Positions 14,420 through 27,490 of a stretch of 64,000 nt of DNA are shown piece by piece. The stretch is taken from NCBI GenBank assembly GCA_965655095.1, contig OZ296650.1:23312001-23376000 (forward strand). Reading direction: 5' to 3'. Source of the stretch: Haplodiscus bocki. Taxonomy: Eukaryota. The notes beneath the pieces are model-generated. The model ran no database searches. It saw only the letters and a list, made by a program, of their open reading frames with translations, and was not told the origin of the DNA. Numbering within the stretch: the first letter of the stretch is position 1; each line of letters starts with the position of its first letter. The translations under genes and the position numbers were made by a program.

Positions 14420-14830
14420 CACTTTATGCTAGGATTCGATTTTGATACATATCGAATCCGTAGACGTTGTTCGAAAACAGGTAGACTTTGGTACAAATGA
14501 CGGTGTAAATCAAATATAGCCTTTAACGGGTTTAGAACCCGGAACATGAGCCTTTGGAGCCCTCTTGTCCAACCCATTGCGCCAATGAAAACGTAGACAG
14601 CACAGCCAATACCGGGTTCGAACTGGCGACCTTAGTTCAGACCCCTTCATTCCAACCCATTGGGCATTGTCAAAAATATAAAAGACTATACTAGGATTCA
14701 AACCCGGAATTTGTGGCTTCGGAGTCGTTTCACCCTACCCACAGGGCCATAGAAAAAATAAATAGAAGTAACCCATACCGGTGATCGAACCCGGAAACTT
14801 TGCAACGCTTTTTTTCTAGCCGCTGGGTCA
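14420..14830 (-). repeat. Array of about 5 degenerate tRNA-derived units (80-97 bp spacing)
   Basis: Recurring reverse-complement B-box-like words (ggattcgat, gggtttagaaccc, cgggttcgaac, ggattcaaaccc, gtgatcgaaccc) near 14430, 14528, 14612, 14693 and 14780. Confidence 0.6.
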
Positions 14831-17800
14831 GATAAATAAACTTTCGAGAAGTGATCTATTTATTGTGAGACTCTTTTGCGTAAAAAAATTGAAGTCACAA
14901 CAATAGCCGGTCTCTTTCTTCACTCAAATTAAAGCGTCGACTAAAAACAGAACCTCTAAAGTACTTTGTATAAACTAAAGGCATGTGGTAGTCGGATCAG
15001 TTCTAGCTGCAGCCAATAAGAGCACAAGCGAATGAGAAGACTAAAAATAACGAGCAACTAATGTAAAAACTGCTTCATTATTTCAACCACGAGCCAACTA
15101 TTTCTCGAGGAACATTTTTAAAAAGCTCACAGAGCAACATCCCAGATTTTCCAGGGCACAAGTATCTGAATGAGCGCTAGATGAAGCCAATCCGACCACT
15201 AGTGGTTGAGAAAAGGATTTCAGCGAACAACGAAAGTCAAATCGTCTTGATTATTCCATTGGAAAGAATAACATTTTGGCAACAAAATCCTCGAACAACT
15301 CTCCCCACCTACCCAGCACAAATGCAAACCATGCCTGAGCAAGATAATCCAAAAACGGATGCAAACCGACCGACCACTCGCTATCAAGAAAAACTTGACC
15401 AAAAAGGACGCAGAAACGTTTGAAGTTTTCAAATGAAAGTAAAAGTTTTTGGAAGTGAAAAATGAAAGAGACAGTCTCCGTTGTTTGGCAGAAACGCCAG
15501 GTAAATAGTTGAGTATAGCCTCGATTGACGCAAACAAACTGACCACTGATAAACAGGAAGAAATCTGCTTTTTTGAGTACCAATGAAGAAAATTCGTGAA
15601 AACATGGAACAGACCATTTATGCCACTGTGAATTACCTCCGGTTAACACACAAAACGAAACGAATAAAATCTGGATAAACGTGAGTCAAAAACATTTTTT
15701 GAAAAAATTGCTTCTGACGAATAATCAAAAAAAAGAAAGCTTAAATTTGCCTAATCCAAAATAAGATATTTCGCCAGCAAAGTATCATTAGGAAAATCAA
15801 ATTCAATCCAATGATCCTCCGGGCAACTATTCGTCGATTTAGCCGTGAATCGGCAGTATCTGACCAGCAGTTTGCCGCCAGAAAAAAATAGAATCATCTT
15901 TCGTTCTTCATTTACAAGTTTCTATTAGTCACAAAATAATAAAGCATTTGAACCCGGCTACTTCAAAAAACCTCTAAGTAGCAGAGAGCCAAACGAAACA
16001 TCAGATGGACCCAATTCGACCAAAAGTAAAGAACACTTTGAACGAACGACACAACTGAAAACACTATCGAAAGTCGAAACAATTTAAGATAACTCGCGAA
16101 AAGTTGAAAAGCGACCATATCTACTGTTACTCAGGAACTCGCAGTAGCCAGCAATTGAAAAGTGGGATTGAGCCATTCCAGCCAGCATTCCTTAACGAAA
16201 GACTTTCAAAGAACGACATAATAAAATTCTTTGACTTTTAAACAAAAGTTCAGTCAATTCTACACAAAACAAGAAAAAGACAACCTCAGCTTTTGACCAG
16301 AAACTTATTGCAGCCAGCATTTAATTGAGCACCTGGTGCTATCGGTCTATCCAATAGTCTTTGAGAAAAACGCGCTCAACGAAGGATATGAAACATTTGA
16401 TTGTTCGAACACTAATTGAAATAGTTCGCGATAGAAGTTGAAAAATGACTATGCCGGCTGAGTCGAAAATCCGGCCCGTGAGTACTTCGATGAGCACTGA
16501 AAGGATGGAATTCGATCAGCAGTCTTGAAAACACTCCTTGCGGAGACAATTGAAGACGTCTTCGATTTTGCAACGACAAATGATCTTCGGTTTTTGACGC
16601 ACGAATTTTTTCACGATAAAAGATGAAAAAAGACCACTCCGACAACTCATCAGAGGCTGCAGTCAGCTAGATGAAAGGTACTGGATATACCCATTTCAAC
16701 CGTTAGTTTTCAAAAAAAAACATTTAACGACAGACGCAAGTGAACAGGTACTTGATTTGAGAAAAACAAATCACAAATTTCCGTCAGAGGATTACGAAAA
16801 AGTTAACCCTGGCCACTCCACATGACATCTGGATAACCAGTATTCGAATATTCACTGGTCTTCCGCTTATCAAAAACACTTTTGGGAAGGTCAATCAAAA
16901 ATTTCATCTTCCTTCATTAGATAGGATTTCAAATTCGTACCACTGCAGTTCAATTCATTCAAAACGCGAAAAGAAGCTTAATATTAGGGCACATGACAAA
17001 ATCATTGAACTGCAGCGACGCTGCAAGAAGAAAATTGGAAACTAGCGGGAACGCGTATTTTGATATTCGGATAGCCACGGAAAAAAAACGAAAACCGTCC
17101 CTAGAACACTTCGCTTGTATAACAGAGGCGAAGCGACGCGTTGCAGAGCTGGCAACACGAAAACCGGAGAAGTTTCGAGACTAAAGTTTAATGGAATCAA
17201 CACTTTCCTGATAATTATTTTCCGCCATAATTAGGCAGACATGGAAGGAAAATCTTCCTCTCAAATGGCACGTTTTATTTCACCCGATAAATGCCAATTG
17301 CGTTCAAGTTAAACGATGTTTTTTTTACGTTTCTGAACTTGACAACTTCTTTTCACCAAATTGTAGCGCATTTGCCGTAGAGTGCGACTGAATTAGTAAG
17401 AAATTTGGTTTTTCCAAAAAACTGGTTTCTTTTTTCAAAAAAACATTGAATTTTTTCAAAATCGTTAAATGTGGCAAAATTTTTTGTAGAATGCGAATCG
17501 AATGGTAATATTCCCTTAAAAATGTCTTTTCCACCGTAATTGTGAGGTTTGTTGGCTGAAAACCAGAAAATTTTCGAAGTTGGGAAAAATTAGAAAATAT
17601 CATGGAGAAACAGAGTATTTTGGAAAAAAAAACGCTTCTATGCTTTAAAAAAAGGCATCTTCACTAAAATGGAAGGCTGAAAATATACTGGCGGTACCGA
17701 CAGTCTTGTCAGTTTTCAAATAAAAAAACTGCTAGATTTTAAGAGCTGCGAGTATGAATTGAAAGCGGATTATTGCAATCCGCTCAACATTTTATAAAAT

Positions 17801-18573
17801 CGCGTCTTGAAAAAAGCTCAAGCAAAATACCAACCATCCCTTCCAGCGGTCGCATCTTTTTCGTCTTTTTCACCCACAATCTGCATAAAGAAGACGTTAA
17901 AAAAGAGATTTCAGGAGACTCTAAAAAGTCCACCAGCATTGGAAGTTCTCTTTACCAGCGCATTAAGCTCTACACTGTGAGCGAAACATGGAAATACATG
18001 CTTGCAATATTGCCCATTTGCACGCAATTCCATTCGTTTAAGGCAATTGCAAGAAATGCTATTTGTCTAAGGCCAGACAAAAAGGAAACAATAACCGCAT
18101 TAAGCTAGCGTTGCCAGCTTAACTGGAAGTTCAAATAACTGATACGAGGTTTTTCACGCCTTCTGTAAAACACTGATTTGTGCGAATAAACTGAAAATCA
18201 CAGTCAATTATTTTCTAGAAGTAGTGTATATCAATAATGTATTTTGCGGTTATGCTGTATTTCATCCAATAAAGAACCAAGAGGCTTCATCTCGATGTGT
18301 TTTTCAGACATCACATAGACTCACCAAACCAACTGTTGTTTGATCTTGAAAAATGATAATACCGGACAATTAAATTGAATAATGCGATAGCTTAACGAAA
18401 GAATGGATATCATAAAATAGGTCCCTGGCGCGACACGAATATTGCAGCATAAGAATCAAAACCAAATTTTAGGTGGACAAAAAACAGGCATCCCTTTCAG
18501 GGAAGCGCCACGCTTCTGAAGAATACACTATATTAGCTAATATCATTGAAATCCTACAATTACTTTAAAATCC

Positions 18574-18652
18574 TCATTGAAAAATTATCGTGGAAACTGA
18601 AATATTTCAAATCATTGAAAAATTATCGTGGAAACTGAAATATTTCAAATCA
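18574..18652. repeat. Tandem duplication, 38-bp unit x2
   Basis: tcattgaaaaattatcgtggaaactgaaatatttcaaa occurs twice. Confidence 0.9.
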
Positions 18653-21170
18653 AAGCTCCGCGGAAAAAAGGCAAAATCGGCATCTATTAGTGGCTAAAAA
18701 GACGACATGCAAGGAAAAAGATACTTTAGAAGCTTTTAGGCTAACTCTGGAGCATCATCTGGGACAAAACTTTCAAAGACCAAAGAAAATTGTCTAAATT
18801 TTACTTTCAGTTTCAAATTAAACGTGATGTGGATGATAAAAGCGCAAAATTCTTGGAGAGATCGCCAAACTAGCCATTTCGTTGCATCGAAAAGAATGAA
18901 AAACGACTTTTCCTCGCAGAACCTCGTTTCAAATAGAACATACTGAATACATGCTTCTGTTTCGATTCTAATGCAATTGTAGTAAAGGGCAGCATTAGAG
19001 ACACGAGCTAACAAACGGCGAAATTACAAAAAAAACAGTTACTTCTCATCCATTTTATACCAAAAAAACCATATTAAGTTTTTTGTACTATTCTGTTCAA
19101 CCTTGGCAAAAATACGGTTTCCTTTTGTATTGGTTGAGACTAGTAGTAGCTAGAAAATTAACACAAACTGAATAACGCAAAACTGCAATTTCTGGAAAAA
19201 GCGCAAAAATAGCAAAACGTGCCAAGAACGTTTTTTGAGATTTTCAAGCAACTGTAGTTCCACTGGGGACAAAAATCTGAGAATCTGTTATAATATATCA
19301 CGTTCAGTTGAAAAAAACCGGATGCGTACTCACAAGAGGTTGGCTTATTGAGCAAAAGAACTCTAGAAAACACGCAAATAGCTACTTCTAGTTCACTCTA
19401 CACTGCCAAAAAACCCTGAATGCATTTTTTGAGAATTCGGTTGTTTTTCCTGTTTCCGCGCTTTTATGTCGTGTTACTGTACAGTTGTAGCCTGAAAATT
19501 GATATGGAAGAGAGGAAAATACCAAAAATAGAAAAACGCCAAAAATTCACGCGTTTTGGTCTACTTTGAGACTCTGAAAAAACCAGTTTTCAGAGGGCCT
19601 TTCAAGTTTTTCATCAATTTTTTCAAAATCTATAAGTTGCACTGCTTTATGCTGGATAAACGGCTGAAAAGATGTCATAAGAGAAAGGAGGGATAATTTC
19701 GAAAAAATGCAACTTTTGCCATTTTCGTACACTAAAGAACGCAAAAAAATTCGGACGTAAAGCTTACGGAAATGCCGTACGATGCAGTGTCAGTTCAATT
19801 CAAAACAGATATAATGCACCACAGGCAAGCAAAACAGAGAGGCGAAGCGGAGCTCCGCAAACTCAACAACCTAGAATGCACCTCTTTGATAACTGGAAAC
19901 ATTTTGGAAAAACAGGAAAGCATAAACTTTTGAAAATTTCTAAAGGTATGAAAAAATTCGATAGTTCCTCGGAAAGATTGGACGATGATACAAACAAGAT
20001 CTTGCAAATTTGGCTAGGAAAACGATTCCCAAAATCAGCAGAACTCCCATAATAAGGACTTTTTGTATTGACGTAACAACTTTGAAAAGTTGAAGTTCTT
20101 GTGGGTTTGAAAACATGTCAGATAATTTTCGGCAAAAAGCACACAAAGGCAATCAGCAACGCTGAACAGTTTAGCTGCACCAATTGGTGAGTGACTGAAT
20201 TAGTGGACAGTTGTTACATGATTGGTATTCGTTGAGTAAGATTAAGAACGATGAAAGCCGCAAGTTGAAAAAAGGACTTCCCGATTGCCAGTTTAGTTAT
20301 ATCCAGCGAAATTTATGGAACATGCCAATCTTGATGTTACAGAAAGCCCGCGTTGCAAGTATTTCATAATGCGCGCTACATGCTCCCAATCCGACACAAT
20401 CATTGAGATAAACATTTTCGAAAGAAGGTGCAACTCTAATATTTCTGAATTTGGAAGTACAAGTCGAGTTAAATCGCGGAGAACTGTGAACTAGTGAGCC
20501 CGTGTCTCTCATACATGTCGAAAGAGTATGCTATAATATGAATCAGACTCAGTGAATGAACAATTTCGATTTTGAGTCAAAGATTCGAATTTTTCCATCG
20601 GGTTTTTGTCAAGAAAAAATAATGTTACCTCACGGATTTCCTCCCGACAATGGCTTGAAGATTATGCAATTGATGGCTTCAACTCAAAAGATATACTCTG
20701 GGAAAAAACCACTGAAAATTTTCTGTAAGATTAATTACAAGAAGGATATTTCTCATTTCTCGTATTATGAAAAAGTTTCAGTTGGAACAAGTTCTACAAA
20801 ATTGGAGAACGGCTCGAATTATTGCTGCCGTTAAGGTTCAAATTATTCAAAGGCGGTTTTTGTATTTTGGCTCTTGAAAGTCCTGAACATTTTCAGAACC
20901 AACGCCAGCGTATTCTCGTGACCTGTAGTTTTTACTGAGCGATTTTGAAAAATGTCTGAAAAGTTGGTCAATTATGTGTTAAGAAAGAAAATTCACCGTA
21001 GCTCAAGGGCTCTTTTCGGAAAACACTGACATTGTCTTCTCTTCATAAACGTGTAAGTTGAAGCTACGAAACTTAATTTGACAATCCAAATGTGATTCGC
21101 GGCCAAAAACGCAACAACTTCATTTAAGCATAGGTTGGTGAAAGCAAAACGAACAAGATGACGGACGAAC

Positions 21171-21312
21171 CCAGCTGTTGTTTGGAGATGTACATCAACT
21201 TCTGCTCGGAGCATAGCTTGAGCACAGAGCACCGCTTCTCGTAATTGAGGTCTCCAGCACTCTTGAATGCTGTGAACGACCTGTCATCTATGAACTCCGT
21301 GTGCTCTATAAT
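21171..21312 (-). CDS. RhoGAPp190: p190 RhoGAP exon (GTPase-like domain, middle); not in the ORF track
   Basis: Reverse complement reads cttatag|IIEHTEFIDDRSFTAFKSAGDLNYEKRCSVLKLCSEQKLMYISKQQLG|gttcgt, matching p190 IVEQTEFIDDQTF...KL.SAEKLMY...DQLG. 142 nt, phase 0 in and phase 1 out, fitting both neighbouring exons. Confidence 0.92.
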
Positions 21313-21523
21313 CTATAAGCAGCAAACACTTTAAATCACACAAAGGTTGCCGGTTTCGTTTCAAAACAATATATCAAAAACTAATCTCATCCTTCTCTTG
21401 AACACAAGCCACCGCTTTGCGTGAGTAGCGACAGCTGTAGCGGTTTTCTACTTAGCTGTCATAAAACCACTGATGTCAAGTCTTGATCCTCCAGTAATAC
21501 CACTTAATGAACTCGGAAAATTT

Positions 21524-21658
21524 CAAAGAAGTTTGGATAATAACTGTAGAATTATAGCAAGGGTATTAATGTTCAGCTATTTTTTAGTGCAAAGAAGTTT
21601 GGATAATAACTGTAGAACTATAGCAAGGGTATTAATGTACAGTTATTTTTTAGTGCAA
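21524..21658. repeat. Tandem duplication, 66-bp unit x2
   Basis: caaagaagtttggataataactgtagaa...ttttttagtg occurs twice. Confidence 0.9.
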
Positions 21659-22269
21659 CAGAGGGCTGAAAAATGTATACAACTTGCACAAATGGCTCAA
21701 TATGGAATTCCTAGAATCATGGTAAAAAATCAAATCGGGTCTTGAAAGAGCTAAGTTATCTACAAAAGATAACACCCGTGACCCTCTTAGGGGTGTGCGG
21801 TCAAAGTCAAATTCTAAATTAATTCACTGGAGTAGAAAAAGCTAAGGAATTAAAAATAGTTGACTGATAAAGAAGCAAATCAGATGAGCGCATATAATTG
21901 ACTTCCAATAAGCACCGGCAAAACAATGAACTTGAACCAGAAGTAATCATGTTTTCTGACTCAATGCCTAACTAACAAGAGAATTAGTTAACATGGTCCG
22001 AAGGTGTGAAAGTTTCCCTGCCTTTCGTATCCACTTCGCAATCATTCGTGGCGAAAATGATCTGCCAAAACGCTGAATTGAATAAAAAAACACGATCATT
22101 TATCAAGCGTAAGTGTTGACGAAAAAGCAAACTACTGAGTCAAAAGTCACTGGATTTGTTATTCCCAAAGTTCGGACGTAAATCATCTATCAATACCTGA
22201 GACAATACAATGATCAAATTTCCAAAACCGCACTCCTGCATATTTGCGCCCCGAGGAACACAAGCGCGA

Positions 22270-25200
22270 TAAAAGTTGCCGTCATTAACGAATCACCCTG
22301 TACCATGGAAAAACAGATGCCATTGCCGAAAATGTACACGAGACCGAAAATGTGTAAGAAAAGCCCCGATTACAACAACACTCAATCAACGTCGTACGCA
22401 AAATGCTGGCCTTGCTCCCACACGAAAAGCTTCAAGATCTCAGAGGACTTCCAATATTTCCCTTGATGTGATTTTGGAGGACGACGACGAGCAAATTTTG
22501 ATATTTGCACAACAGACGTGCTTGTGTAATGTACGGGGCAAGTGGGCAGCGCACTGTTTCGCTTGTGCGTCAAAAAGCACAAAATGGCACTGGAAAAAGA
22601 ATGATCCAGGACTATACAATAGATACTGGCACCACCTACCAGCAGCTGACGAAGTGGTCAAGTGCCAGCCACCCGGAGCACCTTCTGAACAACGCATTTC
22701 GCGAGGGCCCTCAGGGACCCGTCAAGACACACACACAGGACACAGCGAGAAAATAGAGAAATCGTTACAGACATCCACCCGAACCCAGCACCGACAAGAA
22801 GAGGAAGAACCAAGAGGTCCGCGGAGAATAAGGCGCAGGGAACATTCGAAGACTGGAGAAGAGACAAAATGAAGCTGCAGCCGAAAAAAACCATGACGTG
22901 GAATCAGCAAGGAGTTTCAAGACGTGGAATCAGCAAGGAGTTTCAAGACGTTGAATCAGCAAGGCGTTTCACACACGAAGACCCAGAAGGCTAGATTGAG
23001 GAACGCACTGGATTTCCTGACGAAACAAATGGGACATAACGCTAATGTCTGAGTTGAAGCTCTGACAGGATGGGCGTCAGCATGGGCAAGGGCAATGAGA
23101 CCACCGCAAAATTTGACTCCCTCAAGAGTGGCCTCATCTTTCGCGGCACTGCCTTGGACAAATAAGTTCGAAAGGGACAAAAGATGAACTTCAAGAAAAG
23201 AGTCACAAAAATCCAGATAGACAATATATAGCCCTCAAAGCAACATATCAGCCAATCAGTGTCCACGACGACGAAGACTACTGCACAGATGTGGAGATGA
23301 TAGCAAAAAACCTTTCCTACAAACTGCTGGTTATCAGAGGAGACCATAACTTTCATGTGGGCCAAGCATCCCAACAACCAGGGACGGCCGGAGCCTGAGG
23401 ACTTCGTACTCCAACTAACCAGCAAGGACGCGATCTGCTGGACTGGTGCCAGGAGCACGAATTATGCCGGATCAATTCTCATCAGCGTCGCGGCAACCGG
23501 CTGAACAACAGCACAAGCAGATTATACGAGCTCAACAGCTTCATCACGCGCAGTAACCAGAGACACGGTCTTGTTATAGCTATCGAAACAGTCGAGGAGC
23601 TGTCGCACTCCGACCACAAACCAATTATGTTGAAGATGAAGACCGAAACAAAGAAATGGAAAACAACCTCCAAACTGCAGCCCAACATACAAAGGGAAGC
23701 TCTTCGAAAGCCGGACAAATGCAACGCACTGCAGCGGATGGTTTCGGATCTCACCAGTGAAGAGGAAATCGGCGAGGAAAGAGGACGGGGAAAAATTTCT
23801 GGGATACTAGTAAAGGCAGCACGTCTGGTCTGTGGGTTACAGAGTTAACCAGTTGAAAACCCTGGATCGCCTTAAAAGAGGAGCACGAGCTTCAAAGGCT
23901 GCGAGGGGAGCTCAACAAATTGAAAGCAGCAAGGAACAACGCCATGACCACGACACGGAACCCAATAACCAGGAGATACCAGAAGCTAGCATCTGCTGGA
24001 AGGACAATGAAACAAAGGCTAAGATCTTTGGAGCAGGATTGGTGGGACGAGAAAATGAAGGGCTTTAAAATGCCTCCACAAAGAGAGGTTTCGGCAACGT
24101 GTAGTCTTTTGCCGAATCTGCGGACGTCAAGCAAGCCAGAAGCAGTAACCAGCATCACAGCAGACCCCGTCAAGAACTATTTTGCTAAGATCTCCTCAAT
24201 ACGTTTCGGAGTCAATCCCACTGACATGGAAGAGGCGATCGTTGAAACACTAGACAGAAGAGGTGAGGTTCCGCTACAGAGGGCCAAACAGCTGAACACT
24301 ACGCCAGTCGAAGAAGCAATGAGCGCGATGAACGAGACGAAGATTTTGTCCCCGAGAAATACAAGGTACGAATGCGATACATTAGAGAAGCATGCATAGA
24401 ACTACAGGTAAACGTGACCCAGTTATTACAAGTCCTTTTCGAGAAGCGGAAGATTTTCTGCGAAGAGTCTGTAAAGATTGGACAAAACGTCCCGATCTTC
24501 AAAATGGACAGTCGTAATGAGTACAGGAAGCACCGGATCTTCACCAGGGTAAAAGCGAGACGACTCCGAAAATAGACTAAGGACCACAACACAATCGAGG
24601 ACAATCACAATGGGTTTCGGCCTAACAGATCGACAGCAGACTCAACCCAAGTGATGAAAGTAGATATTTTGTACATCAGAAAACGAAGAGCAGCTGAAGG
24701 CCTACCTGACACCGCTGGCGAACCAGAAGCGCGCCTGTTCGAGCTTGAGAATGCGTACCCTAGGGTGTAAAAACCGGTACTGCGGAAGAAACAAGAGGGA
24801 CACGGTCTGACATGCAATTTTCTGAATTGCAACAAGGATTTACAGAAAGCAACGTCATACATAATTAAGAGAAAAGAAGAGGAGAGTGAAAATTGGATTC
24901 CAAAACGGGATCTTCGCGAGGGCTGCCCAATATCACCATTGTCATTCAATGCGTTCCACCAAATGGTAATCGAAGCAGCAAAACGAGAGATATCTTTGGG
25001 AGGACTGGGAAAACTGTTGGCGTCAAGTGGAACTAACTAGAACAAGACAAACCCCCTGGCGAAGGCCAGTTTGGTAAATTCAATTCATGAAAAAACACAT
25101 CGGCGATTTTGATATCATTTCGCCCACGACACAGATATCCTCGGGAACAGAGATGAATTGGACATCGGATTTCAAGCAATCAAGGAATGAGCAGATTCGA

Positions 25201-27490
25201 AGAAAAAACAACCAGAGAAAAGAACAAATGATCTTCTGAAAAGCTGAAAACGGGTTACTAGAAAGATTGATTGCTGGAGGGGTCCAGCCAAAGACAAATA
25301 ACCGCAAAAAGATGACTGGGAGCATCTGGTCCACGGTGCAGGTTCAACTGGTCAACAGATTGGTAAAACTCCAGCAAGCATCATATATCCGCACATAAAT
25401 CGAGTGGCCGCGTGTTTGACGCAGGGAAAAGATCCTGAAAAAACAGGATAAAGTCAGTGCTACAATGAATTGACCGCCGATACCGTTACGTAAGGAGCAA
25501 CAAATAGGCGAGTTAAATACCTCCGTTTCGGGTCTTGAAAAACGATTTAATCCCCTATTGGAAACAGCAGTTTATTGGCGAGCGGACAAGAATCTTGGAC
25601 GCATGGATCACAATCCTTTTGGTTAGTTGAAAGAAACTTTACAATATTTCAATTGTTATTCTTCTGAGTTGTTGATTTTGAGATCAGCTTTCATCAATAC
25701 TGAATAAACAATTTGAACGAATAGTTAGGATAGTTTACACTGTTTCAAAGTTCAATTTTTAAAGTTACATGTCAAGGCATTCGGAGTTTAATTTGAAGTT
25801 CATCTGTCCTCAACGAAAATATTGTGTTTTAGTGCATGACAATTTTTCCGTTGAAACACTTGCGGGATGTTGAAAAAGACCAACATACGGTTGGAGGAAT
25901 TCATTGTCGTTGTTGAAGTGAAAGAACTGAAACTACCAAATTAAGTTCATGGGAAGACAGGATGAACCCAAGAATTCCAAAAAGAGTAGGACGAAATCAA
26001 GAGAAACATAAGTCGCAAAAAGTATAGAGGGCCAGCACAAGTTTCCCATTGCCCAAAATTGTCAAGTGGTCGTAGTCCTGTGTGCCAGTCCCAAGTTGTT
26101 GCTTTTTTCGTCTTGCGATGTTGTAAAAGCCAAAACTTACAACTTTTATTAAATTACAATAAATCAAAATATTAAATGTGAGTTCGAACAATTTATGATT
26201 GATCGAGCGGGACGTGGAGTCAATCAAGCACTTGTAGATACATGAGAATTCTCAGGAATGACTTGACACGATTGAACCATGCGAGGAGCGACAAGTTCAA
26301 TGGTGTCATCCATTTGAACTACTCCAGTGAGACCATTTCCAATGACTGATTGAGCCATAGAGGTGGCAAGTTTCTTTGGGACAGAAACAGCAATACGTTG
26401 AGGAAACGAAAGCAATGTCCCAGTTTTTTCCAAGAGCTGCTAAGGCGGTGAGGTGTTCCTCGAGAACATGAACATAAGGTTTAACAGCTATTTTGCGATT
26501 ATCCGCTTTGACTACATTTGGAAACAGCCGTTCTGATAGATGAAATTTATGGTAAACAAACATGAAAAGCAGAAGTAATCCTGTCAAAACCAAAAAAATG
26601 ACAGTCAGAGTGAATGAAAATTTAAAGGGCACATATTAGTTAAATTCTTTCATGAGAGAAGGTCACTTGCAGAAGGACGCGCTAATTCTACAAGTTGGTT
26701 GACTTCACGGACTCTCGGACGGTGTAACATTTACTTCCATTTTCAATTCAAAGCTTCACTCCTGCTTCTGCTTGCGAGTCAGAGTGGTAATTCAACTGAG
26801 GGGGGAACTTTCATTATTCCCCCCCTTAGAGAGGGGGAATAAGAGACGCAATCGGATTAGGTAATGAAACTTGATGGCCGCTATCTGAGAGCAGCTGGCT
26901 AAGTCAGATCGGATTTTGATGTTCTTTGCCAAGATCTGCATAACACACTCAAGTGTGATGATGCAGATCCGACAAGCAGCATGAATCCGGCCAACTTAGA
27001 CGACCTCACTGCCGACAGGAAGACATGGATATCAGCCGTCGCAAAGAGAAGAAACATCTCGCAGACGAAACCAGGCTAGGACATCAAACCCCACCCAATG
27101 CTACTTCTTACCAGGAACGTGGCCCTGGAACAGAAACTGATCAGTACCCGCAATGCAGAAATTCATAAGAGAATCCATGCACCACAACTTTCCTTGCCCA
27201 TATGCGAACGGAAATTCAGACTAGAAAACAGCCTAAGAAACAATCGAAAACATGCGAAGGAAAAAATAAACATTGGAGACTGACCAAAAACTTCGCTCGA
27301 CACAAGAAAAACTTGGGGCCCAGACCCACGGAAGCGAGTCGAACCCGAAAAAAGGTGTGCAAATACGTACAATGCCCTGAATGTGTACAACGAATCCCTG
27401 AGACAAACCTAGCCCGAAACCTTCGCACCTGCCCAGACGGAGACAGGCGAGCGTACCCTCAGGCTGAGGGGGAAAGCTGATGATGATGAT
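22270..27490 (+). mobile_element. Degenerate RTE-like LINE interrupted by an insertion of about 1.3 kb
   Basis: AP-endonuclease end (...EELSHSDHKPIML, about 23600); RT motifs NGFRPNRST (24610) and LREGCPISPLSFN (24910); C-terminal ADRKTW and zinc-finger-like CPEC; (TGA)n tail at 27478-27490. The 5' boundary is approximate. Confidence 0.75.
22895..22971. repeat. Tandem repeat, 26-bp unit x3 inside the LINE
   Basis: gacgtggaatcagcaaggagtttcaa x3. Confidence 0.9.

Noticed and set aside
14420-14830. Possible CRISPR-like repeat-spacer array or functional tRNA genes
   Set aside because: Units are degenerate and tRNA-like rather than identical repeats, the context is eukaryotic, and no intact cloverleaf could be drawn.
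22276-22872. 198-aa ORF as a host gene
   Set aside because: It lies at the 5' part of the degenerate LINE with no recognisable domain, so it is likely a TE-derived chance ORF.
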